Shown here: piece by piece, positions 31,501 to 47,905 of the stretch
Numbering within the stretch: the stretch's first letter is position 1
Layout: every line of letters begins with the position of its first letter
Assembly: GCF_009914755.1 (NCBI RefSeq)
Contig: NC_060925.1
Direction: 5' to 3' (one strand)
Source: the human T2T-CHM13v2.0 reference genome, Homo sapiens
DNA: 64,000 bases
Program-made: the position numbers and the translations under genes
The notes under the pieces: model-generated
Databases searched by the model: none
Seen by the model: only the letters and a program-made list of their open reading frames with translations
Told to the model about the DNA's origin: nothing

Positions 31501-33924
31501 TAGGCATACCTTGGAGATACTGCAGGTTCAGTTATAGGCCACTGCCATTAGGTAGTGAATATTGCAATAAAGTGAATCACATGAACTTTTTGGTTTTCTA
31601 GTGCATATAGAAGTTATATTTACACTATACTGTAGTCTCTTAAGTGTGCAATAGCAGTATGTCTTAAAAAACAATATACATACCTTAATGAAAGTATACT
31701 TTATTGCTAAGAAATGCTAATGATCATCTGGGCCTTTAGTAAGTCTTAATCTTTATGCTGATGGAGGGTCTTGCCTCGATGTTGATGGTTGCTGACTGAT
31801 TTGGGTGGTAGTTACTGAAGGTTGAGGTGGCTGTAGCAATTTCTTAAAATAAGACAATAAAGTCTGCCACATTGACTCTTTCTTTCACCAAAGATCTCTC
31901 TGTAGCATGTGATGCTGTTTGATAGCATTTTACCCACAGTAAAACTTCTTTCAAAATTGGACTTTGTCCTCTCAAACTTTGCCTCTACTTTATCAACTAA
32001 GGTTATGTACTATTCTAAATCCTTTGTGGTCATTTCAACAGTGTTCACAGCATCTTCACCAGGAGTAGATTCCATCTCAAGAAGCCACTTCTTTGCTCAT
32101 CCGTAGGAAGCAAATCCTCACCTGTTCAAGTTTTGTCATGAGATTACAGCAATTCAGTCCCAACTTCAGGCTCTACTTCTAATTCTGTTCCTTGCTGTTT
32201 CTACCACATCTGCAGTTACTTCCTCCACTGAAGTCTTGAACCTCTCAAAGTCATCCATGGGAACTAGAATCAAATTATTCCAAATTCCCGTTAATGTTGA
32301 TATTTTTGACCTCTTCCCCATGAATCACGAATGTTCTTAATGTCGTCTAGAAACCTTTCCAGGTTTTCAGTTTGCTTTGCCTAGACCCGTAGAAAAATCA
32401 CTATCTGTGGCAGCTATAGACTTACCAAATATATTTCTTAAAATACTAAGACTTGAAAGTCAAAATTACTCCTTGATCCATGGGCTACAGAATGGATGTT
32501 GTATTGGAACTCATGAAAACAACATTTATCTCCTTGTATTTCTCCATCAGAGCTCTTGAGTGACTAGGTGCTTTGTCAGTAAGCAGTAATATTTTGAAAG
32601 GAATCTTTTTTTCTGAGCAGTAGGTCTCAACAGTGGGATTAAATTATTCAGTAAATCATGCTGTAAACAGATGTGCTGTCATCCAGGCTTTATTGTTCCA
32701 TTTTTAGAGCATAGGCAGAGTAGATTTAGCATAATTCTTAAGGGCCCTAAGATTTTTGGAGTGTAAATGAGCACATGAATTTACCAGCTGCATTAGCCCC
32801 TAGCAAGAGAGTCAGCTGCCTTTGAAGCTTTGAAGCCAGGCATTGACTTCTCCTTTCTAGCTATGAAAGTCCTAGATGGCATCTTCTTCTAATAAGAGGC
32901 TGTTTTGTCTACCTTGAAAATCTGTTGTTTAGTGTAGCCACCTTCACCAATGATATTAGTTGAATCTTCTGGAAAAGTTGCTGCAGCTTCTGTATCAGCA
33001 CTTGCTGCTTCACCTTGCAGTTTTATATTATAGAGATGACTTCTTTCCTTAAACCTCATGAACCAGCTTCTTCTAGCTTCACACTTTTCTTCTGCAGCTT
33101 CCTCAGCTCTCAGAATGGAAGAAAGTTAGGGCCTTGCTCTGGATTAGGCTTTGGCTTATGGAAATACTGTGGCTGGTTTGATCTTCTATCCAGACCACTA
33201 AAACTTTCTCCATATCCAGCAATAAGGCTGTTTCATTTTCTTGTCACTCATTTGTTCACTGGAGTAATATTTACAATTTTCTTCAAGAACTTTTCTTTTG
33301 CATTCACAACTTGGCTAACTGGTACAAGAGGTCTAGCTTTCAGCCTGTCTCAGGTCTCAACAAGCCTTCCTCACTAAGCTTAATCAAGTCTAGCTTTTGA
33401 CGTAAAGTGAGAGATATGCAACTCTTTCTTTCACTTGAATACATAGAGGTCATTGTAGGGTTATTAATTGGCATGATCAATATTGTGCATCTCAGGGAAT
33501 AGAGGGGCCTGAGGAGAGGGAGAAAGATGGGGAAAGGCTAGTTGATGGAGCCAGCACACACATATTTATCGATTATGTTTGCCATTTTATATGGGTGTGA
33601 TTTGTGGCACCCAAAAACAATTAGAGACAAGTAACTTGAAATTGACATACCCAGTAAGCAAAGGTGGAAGACCTGGGAATTTCCAGTGGGTACAAGAATA
33701 TAAATATCAAAGATCACTGACCACAGATCACCATAACAGATATAATAATAATGAAAAAGTTAGAAATATTGGAAGAATTACCAAAATGTGACACAGAGAC
33801 ATGAAAGTGAGCACATGCTGTTGGAAAAATGGCACTAATAGACTCGCCCAATGCAGGGTTGCCATAAACCTTCAATTTATAAAAAATGCAATAAAATGAA
33901 GTGTACTAAAATAAGGCATACCTA
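31501..33924 (-). mobile_element. Tigger1 (TcMar/pogo-like DNA transposon), near full-length and decayed
   Basis: Ends (c/t)AGGCATACCTTGGAGATAC... and ...AAAATAAGGCATACCT flanked by TA; ~2.4 kb, matching the Tigger1 size. Confidence 0.9.
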
Positions 33925-34217
33925 TACTTACAGACAGAAAGCCCAGCAAAAATGTAATTCTCATCGAAGGAGAGATATACTTAACCCATTGCTTTACTAT
34001 TTTAAGAATTTTCAAATAAAATTCAGAGAGAAGATAGGCCTGTTTGACATTATGGAATAAATATTTGACTTTGTGAAGTAAAATAGCTTATAACAGAAAA
34101 AAAATGGAGAAGCCATGTAGCACGGGTTGAAGGACTAAAAATGAAAAGAATCCCAGTGATAGGAAGTTTTACTTAAATTTGATGAAGACAACAAAACAAC
34201 AAAAAACATGTAACTTT

Positions 34218-34528
<311 letters not shown>

Positions 34529-35174
34529 AAAAACATGTAACTTTAAAAGTAAGCACCAATTTGTGGTACATTTTGCCTGGAACTGAAATGTCTCATCTGG
34601 AATGGAAGGTAGAGGAAAACTTGAAATTGATCAGATTACTTCTATTGTCCTGCTCTGATGTTATACACTCATTACAATAGCCAAGCTAGTAACGCCGATA
34701 AATTATCTCTCTTGACCACATGCAAAGGTACAAGTATCTCCCAGTCATCTCATTGGCAAATGGAATTTTCCCCATCATTTTCCATCTCCTTAATAGTAAC
34801 CATGAATTTACAGCGACCGAAGACAATCGAACTCTATACTGGGCAGTAAAGTTTAGAGACAGGTAACTTGAAATTGACATACCCAGGAAGCAAATGTGGA
34901 AGAACTTATGGAAATTTCTAGTGAGTACAGGAATATCGAGATAACTGAGATGTGATTCTTGCAATCAAGGAGTTCAGAGTCTAGTAGGAGAGACAGGTGT
35001 TCTGCCAGCTCTGACACAATGTGGGAAATGCTGTGAGAACATTGTGATCACAGTGTGCTTAAGGTGCCAGGTAGGATTTCACAGAGGAGGTGACAATTTG
35101 AACATGAGGTGAAATGGAAAGCCAGGAGTGCCCAGGTAACAAGTATCTTATGAGCAAGAAAACGTCACCATAGG

Positions 35175-35477
<303 letters not shown>

Positions 35478-36277
35478 ACCATAGGTTTTTTACACAAGGC
35501 AGTGGCATGTTTCAACTTATGTGTTAAAACTGGAGTCTAAGGTGGCAAAGAGAGCAGTTAGGAGGTCAGTATAAGCAGCTTGTTAAAGTTACTCAGGAAA
35601 AATAAAATTCATGATAGCAATATAAAAGAGCAACAAATTTCCAGGTCTCCAAAAAAAAAAAAAAAAAAAAAGTTCATAGCCCACTCTACTCCCACCCTCC
35701 CTTCCTGGAATACTTGACCTTAAAGAGGAAACACAACCCTCTGGGTAAGTTCTGGTCCAGAGGTTGGTTCTGCATCTCCAGGTCTAGTACACATTGTTAA
35801 ATCCATGTTCACACCCAAGCCCAGCAGCCAGAGGGCGTAGAAATCCTCAGGGGCCACCTGGCTTGGCCATATACCATTTCTTCCTCCTGCCACTTTGTAC
35901 TCTCTGGCCTGTGTTTTTAGAGTACTCTCTAGCTTCTAGATACAAGAAACTTTTCAATAAAAATAAGCAATTTATCTGTGTTTTTAGTCTCACAGCACTT
36001 TGGAAAGTAACAACTTAACCCAAGCAATAAAATAGTGATGCATGTATTGTAGTAAAGCCTGAAGTTTCAGCTTTCTCAATGGAAACTGCTTCTTAATTAT
36101 CTCTTATCTTTAACATGAGATTTTCACTATTGTATTCTAAGATTCAGGTTATATCAGCTTCCACATGTTTTTCTAACTTAAAGTACCCTCTACATTTAAC
36201 ATTTTTATAAAGCAAGGTAAAGATTTCAGCATATATGTTTAAAGAGAAATGCAACCCCAAGTGAGAGATATCATTTT

Positions 36278-36310
36278 GATGATGATGATGATGATGATGA
36301 AAATGATGAT
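36278..36310. repeat. (GAT)n microsatellite at a MIR edge
   Basis: Directly visible. Confidence 0.85.
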
Positions 36311-37379
36311 AGTTATAATAGAAACTGTTATATTGTGACTATTATATGCCAGGCACTATTCTAAGCATGTATATTTATAAGCTCCTTTGATACTATAACC
36401 CAGTGAGATAACTGTATTTCCCCTTTTATAGGCAAGACAATTCAAAGCACAGAGAACATAACAGATTTTCTCAAGAACACACAGCTAGTAAATGATGCAA
36501 TCAGGCTTAAACCCTGTCCATCTTGCTCAGAGTTCATGGTCTTAATCATTAAGCTGTGCTCCCTCTGATACTTTAAATATCCTATGCTTTTATATTTAAA
36601 CATAATAAAATGTTCAAAAGTTTCAACTTCAAAAATATGAGTCTGCCAGCCTTAGGCATCTTGTTTAATTGTCGCCTCCTTGCCATCTAGTTCTAGGTGC
36701 AGGCAGTCACTATGCTTAGCTATGAAAGCTACCTTCGAGGAACAGCAGGGAGTCCAGAGCTGTTGGGAATGATACAAAACAAATGTAATGTTTTTCACCT
36801 ATATTTGTGTTCTGAGAAAATGGAAGCAGTAGAATATTTATAAATATTTGTTAGCACTCAGGATTCTATAAGTTTGTCTTTGGTTCTCAGTGGCAGGCAA
36901 AATAACTGCTCCTATATTGAAGATGCAGGTTCAAAGGTGTGAGTGTGGTTTGCAGACTGGCCTCCGTGTTCCAGCATTCCTGAGACCCGGCTTTGTTATC
37001 TAGAATGGGTTACCAATTATTAGGTGTGTGCTCTGGAAGCCCATAGAATAGGCAACAGTATAGTTCCTGGAGCTCTGTCTTCTAGATAAATATTATGTTC
37101 ATTTCTGAATTTTATGTTATATGGATGACTAAAACACAGGTGAAAATGGGGACATAATATGATTCCTGTTCTCCTGAGACATAAACGTTAATCAAAAGCC
37201 ACAGGGAAAAAGATGTTAATGCGCCAGTTCCAGACAGCTGACAATAGTGCTGTTCATGCTAAAGCCACTAAAGTCAGTACAGCAATAGCCATCTGTTATT
37301 GTCTCACCTTCACAGATCCGCTTGGCCTTCACATTTTTATGTACAAATTCTTATTTCTATTGTTTTCTCATTTGAACAG

Positions 37380-37482
37380 AGCATCATGGTCCACCATCAG
37401 GAACAAACTCAGCCAGGCAAAGCCCAGCCCTGCAGCACAGGCCCATGGGACAGTCACAGGCCAACCACATACCTGGGGACAG
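37380..37482 (+). CDS. MAGI3: MAGI3 exon (103 nt; [35 protein letters not shown])
   Basis: tttgaacag|AG CAT CAT ... GAC AG|gtgggg; phase 1-2. Confidence 0.88.
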
Positions 37483-38255
37483 GTGGGGCTATTTTCAGGT
37501 TTTTGTTTTTGTTTTTTTCTTATTCTCTCCTTATTGCTCTGCTGTTCATAACCCCACTCCCCATCATCCACCCCCATGCAGTAATGCAGATGCCAGCTGT
37601 TGAGGTCAAAATGACAACTCTTGCCTGTTCCTCAAATACCGTCCCCATCACCTCCACCCATTCAGTACCTTCGTCCCTCTTCCAGCCTCCATCCCAGGCA
37701 CAGCATAATTATCCAATCTTGCCTGACATGCGAGGATTAGAAAGAAATGACATAGCATCTGGCTCTGCTACTCTTGGTCCTCACAGTTTTCATAGGGAAG
37801 CTGCAGACCCATATGGATTGCTGTCTTATCAGACCACCTGAGCAGAGCAGGTTTTGTGTGTATTTCTGTCTTCTTTCATTGAAAATATTAGCCTAGATTT
37901 CCAGAAATCCAGCATCTTCACGGGCATTGGTGCTGCAGGAGAGCCATTTTTCACTGTGACAGGGTCAGCTTAACTGCCCTCTGGTGTAGTTATTTGATTG
38001 CAGTTTTCTTTGATATAAACTGCTCTGAGATGTCCTTAAAAAAATTGTGGATGTTGACAGACTTCAAAGTATGTTGGAATTAATGACCAGGTTTCTCCTA
38101 GCACCCCTCTGATTTTAGATATAGTCTGTCTTCATAGTGGTTTGTCAGAGGGAAAATGGCAAGGTCGAGCTTTTAAAAGAAAAGAAATTAATCTGCCTTT
38201 AGACTGTTTTTCATTTTCTCAGTTCAGAGAGTGACTTGATTTCTCTCTCTTGTAG

Positions 38256-38382
38256 AAGTGCCCTAGAAGGTGAAATTGGAAAAGATGTCTCCACTTCTTA
38301 CAGACATTCTTGGTCAGACCACAAGCACCTTGCACAGCCTGACACCGCAGTAATTTCAGTTGTAGGCAGTCGGCACAATCAG
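38256..38382 (+). CDS. MAGI3: MAGI3 exon (127 nt; [42 protein letters not shown])
   Basis: ctcttgtag|A AGT GCC ... AAT CAG|gtaaac; phase 2-0. Confidence 0.9.
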
Positions 38383-38962
38383 GTAAACAAACATTTCCCC
38401 AGATGGGGAGTGATATTTTGAGTTGCCATACCACTGGCATTGGTGAATTTTTATTGCAAATCAGTTCAGATAAATTTGTTTCCAAAACTAATAATTCTCG
38501 AAGACCTGCCATGTGTTTGGCATTCTGCTGGCATTCATAGGAGAATGTTAGGAGTGAAAGAAAAGTTTCCCCTACAGCAGGAGAGCTTTGAACCCTTGGT
38601 TAAGTACTTAGAAGTAAATAGTATTTTAGATAATCAAATTCAGGTTTTTTTGTTTGTTACTTGTTTGTTTCCAGGAAAATTAGTCAAACGCTACTTAAAG
38701 GAAGCACTTTCCAAAATTCTGTTCTCTGATTGTTGCATTGCACATTGACCAACTAGAAAAGACATGTAACCTTCAGATTAATTTAGGCTGCATTTATAAA
38801 AATTAAGTAGCCCTTTAACCAAAACCTACATTCCTTCTTTACAATATAGAAATGCACATTGAGAGTATAAATCATTTCTTCCAGCTATAGAAGTAATCTT
38901 TCTTCAAAATGTAAGTAAACAGTCCATGAGAACTTGCTTTTCTTATACTTCTTTCTCTCTAG

Positions 38963-39175
<213 letters not shown>

Positions 39176-39734
39176 TGATTTAAAGGGAATGCAGGAACCT
39201 CCTAAATCTAAAAAGCAGGATTTGTCATCACTGGTAGCTAAAAAAGGCAAATGCTTGTCATTTTGCTTTTCTAACGCCCTGATGATTTCATTTCTTCTCT
39301 TCAGTGTGCTAAACCATATTGCAGTTATGCCACTTTTGCCTTCTTGACCTTGGTCAATAAGAAAATTCATTTCTTATTCACATAGTCAACATCTGAGGGT
39401 AAACGAATTAATAAATACACTTTTCATCTTAATAAGAGTCTTGAGAAAGCGAGGATCAAATAGAATCGTTAACTTTTTCCAGGAGGCAATAGGCCCAGGA
39501 TTTTTTTTCCCCACTCTTAGCTACCGGGAGAGGTAACTAGAGGCTGAAAAGCGTGGCTCTCAACATTTCTTATTGTTTGAAGGCCTAGAATTCACATCAG
39601 TAGTATTCCATCATAGATGTTCTCAACTCTGAAACACTGTGACTTCGTATAGGGAACTGCAGACCAAATTGTTTATAGATCTGCATAAGATAGTTTTTCC
39701 TTCTTCTCTGGATGTTAATTAAAGAGGAATCTTA

Positions 39735-40067
<333 letters not shown>

Positions 40068-40359
40068 TTAAAAAAAAAAAAAACTTAACTCACTGGCATT
40101 CAGTTAGGTGATACATTAAAAACTTTTAATTTCTAGACACCGTTCCCCCTACTACTCAAAAGAATTTTGGATTTCCTTTCCCTGCCACCAGTAGGCATCA
40201 GAGAAAAGGAACTTTTTTTTTTTAATTTTAAACTAAGTAATTCAATTAGAAAGGCAAATGATCCTGGTAATTATTAGATGGTATATTCTAGTAATTATTA
40301 GAAAAGGTGCTTCTGGGTGATTGCAGTTTTGAATTTTTCATTTCACTCCCATTAGTCAT

Positions 40360-41400
40360 TTCATAAACACATTTTGAGTGTTTGCATTACCCAAAGCTTT
40401 ATGCATGCTACTGAATGAGTTGGGAGAGTGACTCAAAACAAATAAGATATTATCCTCCCTCAAAATGACCAGACACATGCACAAGTTCAAAGGGATGAAT
40501 AGAGAAGATTTCACAGAATAGGTGGCATTGACAGGTGCATAGGACTTCAATAGGGAGAAATTAAGGAGAGAAAACATTCCAGGCTGAATAAATGAGCAAT
40601 GGCGTAAAACTAAGGAAGTATAAGTCATGTACAGGGAACTTCAAATGGTTGAGTTTACTTAGATTTTATTTAGAAAATGCGTAGATGAATAGAGGAAATG
40701 AGAATATAAAAGCCGATGGGTCGCAGGCATAAAGGTCCTAGGCAGTGGGAAGCCATGGGAGGCTTTTTAGCCAGGAGTTTCCCCTCAGAGCAATCTGCTG
40801 ATAAAAATCTGTTAGTGGTGTGCAGGAAGGATGAAGGGACTCCAGGTAGCTGTAATTTATGCATACAGTGGTAGTGGTGGGAGTATAACTTGAATGGTAA
40901 CGCTTTGGATGGAAGATAAGAGATGCATATAAGTTCAAATTTCAGTGAATAAAGGACCAGACTAGATGAACAACAAGTATCCTTTAAATGAGGGATGAAG
41001 GAAAAGGAAGAGTAAAGGATGACTCAGAAGCCTTGCCCCATCTGTACTACGAAAACCATCAGGGAAGCCAAGGGGAGAAAGGATATGGCAAAGACTGATG
41101 GTGTAGTAAGTTGGAGTCATGTTGAGGTGAAGGGAACAGCTAGTAGAGCAGGTGTAAATGTTTAGCAGGCAATTACTACTAGTAGTGGTAGAAGCCCAGA
41201 TTGCGACATTACTGAGAAGTGATGATTGAAACCTTTGTGGTAGATAAGATCACTAAGGAAGAATATTTAGAGAGTACTCAGCCAAGGGCAGAGCTCTGAG
41301 CAAGGCATGTAATTAGTGGACTAGATAAAATAAAGAAAATGGGAAGGCGCAGCATGCAGAGCCACAGAGCCAAAGCTGCAGAGTGTTTATGACAAAGAGG
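40360..41400 (-). mobile_element. L2 fragment (approximate)
   Basis: Purine-rich, decayed L2-like motifs (e.g. GGGAAGCCATGGGAGGCTTTT, AAGGATGACTC). Confidence 0.5.
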
Positions 41401-41649
41401 GACCGATGGCCTTAATACAGCTCGTCAAGAACTGCTGAATCTACTTTCTTATAGAGACAATTTCATATGGTGACAAGAACATGGGTTTGGAAATCAGACA
41501 GGACATTCTCCTGAGTTTCCTCATCTGCAAAATGCAGAACCATATGTAATATACATGGTCCAAGTAAACTTCTTAAAGTCTTAATAAGAGCATCTTGAGA
41601 CACTGTTTACAGAGGATGGCATATTTATTCCTGGTTTTCTTGGTCCTTT

Positions 41650-41676
41650 CCCCTCCCCTCCCCTCCTATCTTCTCT

Positions 41677-41707
<31 letters not shown>

Positions 41708-41728
41708 TGTCTCTCTCTCACACACACA
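41650..41728. repeat. (CT)n(CA)n compound microsatellite
   Basis: Directly visible. Confidence 0.9.
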
Positions 41729-41923
41729 ACCTATTCAGTTACTTTACATCTGTGTTTCAATGCTTCTATTGTAAATAGTGTCACAAAAATCCAATTAAAT
41801 GATAAATTAGGATATAATTGTTTTAAATGTTGGTTCCAAATATAACCCTCAGATCCACTAATCTCAGTAAACCAAAGGCAAACAGGCCTTAAAGCAAAGT
41901 CTAGTTCTAAACATGTCATTCTC

Positions 41924-42047
41924 AGCCAGGAGTGGTGGCACATGCTTGTAATCCCAGCTACTTGGGAGGCTGAGGTGGGAGGGTTACTTGAGCCCAGGAG
42001 TTCAAGACCAGTCTGGGCAACACAGCAAAACATCCTCAGTTAAAAAA
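41924..42047 (+). mobile_element. Alu monomer (FLAM-like)
   Basis: Single arm, GCCAGGAGTGGTGG...GAGCCCAGGAGTTCAAGACC. Confidence 0.8.
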
Positions 42048-44744
42048 CGACAACATGACATGCTTTATGAATGAGCAGAAACTTTAGAATCTAATGATGA
42101 AAGCAGCTTTTATTTCAAGAATAAACTCTGAAAACAAAAGCAAATGAGCAATTAACTGTTAGACCCCAGTGTGCTCTAACCTGTAAGAAAATGTCAGCTT
42201 TTCAGAGAAGTCACTTTTTGGGCTATTAAATTATCAAAATCTTGACTTGATACAGCTCATGAGGGCTTTGCATATAACTAGTGCTCAATAAAATGTTATT
42301 GATGACAACTTTCTCTGGTGGCCGCTGTCCAAATGATAAGAGTTTATCTCTAGCTGACACTCGCACCACGGAGCCACCTGAGTGCCCCTCTCTGCCTCCC
42401 CCGCTTGCCTCTCCTCTTCTCCCTTTATTAGGTTGACAGCTGTACTTTGTGTCCTATACCTATTATTCCGTATCTCCAGCACCTGATATGGTGCCTTGAA
42501 TATTCATATCAGGTGCTCCATAGATATTTGTTGAAAGAGTAAAATGTATGGATAATAATTCTAGATACTGAGAGAATTATTGTGTGTGTGTGTTTTTATT
42601 TTTAAGATCAGTTCCCAGCACTTATTACTGGGTGAACAGGACTGGGGATATATGAAGTAATTAGCAACAATCTTAGTGTCATTAAGAAAACAAGAAATGT
42701 TAATTTGTAACATAGATGGAAGGATATTGAGAATCATTGAGAGGTTCTTCCTTTCGGTCTGGTTAAGATTTAGAGAGGAGAGAGAAAAAAAGTGTTCTGG
42801 GATAAGGAACTGAGAAATAGCTGAATGGAAAAGGTTCATATTAGGGAATAGTGTCAAACTTAAATATTTAACGTAGAACATAATCAGATTTAGAAAATAT
42901 TAAGTGTTTGCTGTCTTTGAGGCAACATGTATTTTCCTACACAACATGCGTTTTTACTTATATTAGTCTCAAAAACTCTGAGATAGGTGACATTATCCCC
43001 ACTTACAGATTTAAAACTGAGGCTCAAGGAGACTTAGTCACTTGCAGAGATCACTCATCCTGTGCAGGCCACAGTGTGACCCAGGTATGACCCTAGTCCG
43101 TCGTCCTCGAAGATCGGTTCATGTGCTTTCCGCTATGTCAGGTCTTGGCTTGAGTCCAGTTTGGATTGGATTTCATTGATAGGCAGACAGTTTCTTAACA
43201 GGTTGTGAGATAATATAAGCCATGTGGTAGAAATATTTTGTCATTTTAATACATTTGTAGTGGATGTTGTTTTTAAAACGACAAGACTGCCTATAAAAAA
43301 ATAGTGATTTGTTTAAAAAAGGTAACATTCTTTTTCCCTATTCTTCCTACTTCTTTTCTTTTGGTTCTCCTATTTTTTTTCCTTTCTCTTTTCTTTCCTC
43401 TCTCTTCTCTGTCCCCATAATTATTTTTCAATAATACAAAACTGAACTTGAATCTTTGTTCTATTTATCAAAAGATGTTTTCTCCAAATTATTTTTTATC
43501 ACATTTTTAAAGTGACTTAAAATGTTAAAAGGATGTTTACTGGGTGAATTTACTCCTCTGAATTTCCCTCTCAGAAGAGTCTTTTTCATCTGTAGTTTTG
43601 TGTATGTAGGTCTCTGCAGAATTTCTCCCACTCTGAGGGCCTGTCTACCATAAATCTTAAAGCAATGGCTCCCCCTCCTTCCCCTCATTCAGTTTTAAAG
43701 TTAAACAGAAATGACACCTGGTGGCAAGTCTGTTCAATTACAAGTTTTTGTTGTTTTTTTTTTTTTGCAGTTTATTGCAGGAAAAGAATAAAAAGTGTTC
43801 TGGGTTGGAGAGCTTAAGCTAAAGAATGTGATTGAAATAAATTATAACCTCAAACCTGTTTTACAAGATATGCCCAAAGCAGTGTCCAAATACTATCTAC
43901 TTTAATTTTCTTTATCAGCAAGATTATATATCTAGTGCTAATTTCTTACCTACATTGCCTCATGAAAATGATTCTTCTTCCATCATTTATCAAGGGAAAT
44001 CTAAGTATTGGCTTTTGTTTCACTTATATATTCTGGATAGTAAGGGGTTTCTAAATTATTCTCCATCCTGCTGTCTTACTTTGGTTTTATTAAGGTGTTT
44101 TCATCTTACATATTAAATCCATCAATCTTGTTTCTGATATTCTCCATTTGTTCAAGAGTAAGCCTCCCTTGTTTAAAATAAGTATGCAATAAGACCTTTA
44201 GTCTATTTCATAGTTGACTTGAATTTTTTTGCATTGTATAGAATGGAGTGCAGTCTACAGTTAAATCTTCGTAATGATACACTTTAAAATAGCTTGAAAA
44301 CTAATATTTGCACTTGGTATATAATCATGTTTTATCTTAAGTCCTCCCAGAATCCCACGAAATAGGTACTAATATTATCCTCATTTAACAGATGAAAAAA
44401 ATGAGACCACAACACTAGAAAGAGGTGGAGCACAAGATGTGAACCACAGCCTCCTGACCGCCTGTGCCATGCTGTATCTGTAGAAAGAGTTGGCCCACTG
44501 ACCTTTGTTAAATATTGAGTCCTTCTGTTTTGTTACTTCTGGATTGGCTTATTATTATTTCTATTCTTTAGTCACCTTGCAGCTAGCTTCAACTCAAAGG
44601 AACTTCTGGATTGTTTTAGTAAGCTCTTACAAATATTTGAGTATTTGCTTTTTGGAATTTCAGTAATATGCCATTGTCTAATTTTTCTGTTTTGAAGCCA
44701 GTATCCTTCATTTTACATGTCACCTTGAAATATATTTTTTCAAC

Positions 44745-45140
44745 TTTTTTTTAATAAGTTCAGTGCGGCACATGTACAGGTTTGTTACACAGGTATATTG
44801 CATGATTCTGAGGCTTAGAATATGAATGAGTTCCCATCTCCCAGGTAGTGGGCATAGTACCCAATAGGCAGTTTTTTAGCCCTTGACCCTCTCCTTCCCT
44901 CCCCCCATCTTGTATTCCCGTGTCTGTTGTTCTCATCTTTGTGTCCATGTGTACTCAGTGTTTAGCTCCCAATTACAATTGAGAACATGAGGTATTTGGT
45001 TTTCTGTTTCTGCGTTAGTTTGCTTAGGATAATGATGGCCTCCAGCTCCATCCATGTTGCTGTAAGGGGACATGATTTCGCTCTTTTTATGGCTGCATAG
45101 TATTCTATGGTGTGTATATACCACATTTTCTTTATCCAAT
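44745..45140 (-). mobile_element. L1 (L1PB/MA-type) 3' end fragment
   Basis: ACATGTACAGGTTTGTTACA..., TGGCTGCATAGTATTC; ORF2 C-terminal remnant KMWYIHTIEYYAAIK. Confidence 0.85.
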
Positions 45141-45343
45141 GCAGCATTCATCAACATGTGTTTGCTTGAAATAGATTTAAAATCAGTACCATCATTATGT
45201 TTAATTAGGTCTGTTCCAAAGTTATACTTGACTTTTACATATTTTCCCTTTTTCTTTTAAAATAACTCAGACATTTCTAGTAAATCACAATGGTACTAAG
45301 GTATATCTTATTCTGATCCCTAGTTTTATGTTTATTTTCCTGA

Positions 45344-45647
<304 letters not shown>

Positions 45648-45964
45648 CTGAGAAATGATTTTACACTAACATCACTAAGTTTATGCCAGTTACTGGTTTT
45701 AAATAAGTGTTCATATTAATCTATTCTCCAAGTTTAAGTTTTTAAGAATTTTAATCTATAAAGATGTCATTTATTCAAATACCTCATGTATGTACAGGAC
45801 ATAGCAGCAGTTCAAAGGAATGAGCAGTTCTCCCTGGAGGCCAGGAAAGGCTTCAAAGATAAGAGCCCTCTGCCCAGGTTTTAGGAGATATATTTAAAAT
45901 TCAGCTCAAGTTTGAAAGTACCCTTCACATTCGGACATAGCTCTGTAGTATCATTTGGATTGTT

Positions 45965-46737
<773 letters not shown>

Positions 46738-46840
46738 GAAAGAATCACTTAGCAAGGTTGAATGGCTCAAGAGCTGACAAAAGCAGAATTTACAAAGGAT
46801 GCATAGTTTCATGTTGTTCCTGTGAATGTTCTCTGTCTAG

Positions 46841-46979
46841 GTTGGTGACCAGATTGTTGAAATCAATGGGGAACCTACACAAGGAATCACACATACTCGA
46901 GCAATTGAGCTCATTCAGGCTGGTGGAAATAAAGTTCTTCTTCTTTTGAGGCCAGGAACTGGCTTGATACCTGACCATG
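46841..46979 (+). CDS. MAGI3: MAGI3 exon (139 nt), last PDZ C-terminal half ([41 protein letters not shown])
   Basis: ctgtctag|GTT GGT GAC ... GAC CAT G|gtaagt; phase 0-1. Confidence 0.95.
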
Positions 46980-47855
46980 GTAAGTAAAGTAGCCCACTAG
47001 TAGCTGAAAAGTTGTATATTAGGGAGGGGACAGAAGAAAAAGGAATATATATTTGGAGAGGATAGATATTTTACTAGTTAATTCAGAGGTGAATGCTAGA
47101 ACCATGAAAAGCTAGTTACATAGCAGAGTTATCATAAATAGTATTAGAAAACAAGTGACTTAGGCAGGACTTTCGTTGGAATGGAATGTATTTTAAATTT
47201 AATCAGAAAAAACATATAGTTGTTTTTGTAGAGAAATGTACCTATTAAAAAAGTGTATTAGAGGCAAACAATTTAAATACCATAAAAAATGTTTTAAATC
47301 TCTTCAAAATATCCCAGCTTTTTCTCTTACTTAGCTAATTACACATTACCAACCAATATTTTTATTTCTGTAAAGCAAGATAAGTTTATATTATAATGAA
47401 TGCGCAGCATGAAAACTTAGGCTTTTCTGGTGACTCGGCAAAAACAAGTTGCTATCACCCTACCTGGAGACAGGGAGTTGGACCTGAGACCATTTCTGTC
47501 CTGTATTAATGTTAAACTTCCTGGGTTTCCATGGCATGTTTTGAAATATCATGGTATTTGAAAGTCACTGTTTTTTGAGTGCACTATTCTAGAAATAAAG
47601 GCAGTACCACACCCACGCAGTACTTGCCTCATCTAGCTCCCCACCTCCTGCCCTACCCCACCCCACCCCACCGCTTTTGAGGGATAAGTGTAGACATAAC
47701 CTCCTACAGTACCCTTCCAGCTTATGATTCTCTGACTGTATTATCTTCCACCATCTGCTTGTAAATCATATGTTCCCAGTGACATCTTTGCTAACTGCAC
47801 TGATTTTTTTTTTTTTTTTTCACATAGTCCTAGGCTTTTTCTCTTCCCTCTTCAG

Positions 47856-47905
47856 GTTTGGCTCCTTCCGGTCTGTGCTCCTACGTGAAACCCGAGCAAC
47901 ATTAA
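47856..47905 (+). CDS. MAGI3: MAGI3 alternative short C-terminus (GLAPSGLCSYVKPEQH*); exon extends to the donor at 47946
   Basis: ctcttcag|GT TTG GCT CCT ... CAA CAT TAA; phase 1 fits the upstream exon; donor TTG|gtaaat at 47946/47947. Confidence 0.85.

Noticed and set aside
37299-37841. 180-aa ORF overlapping MAGI3 exon 37380-37482 in another frame
   Set aside because: It crosses both splice sites, starts at a non-ATG codon and has no recognisable domain. The spliced MAGI3 frame explains the exon.
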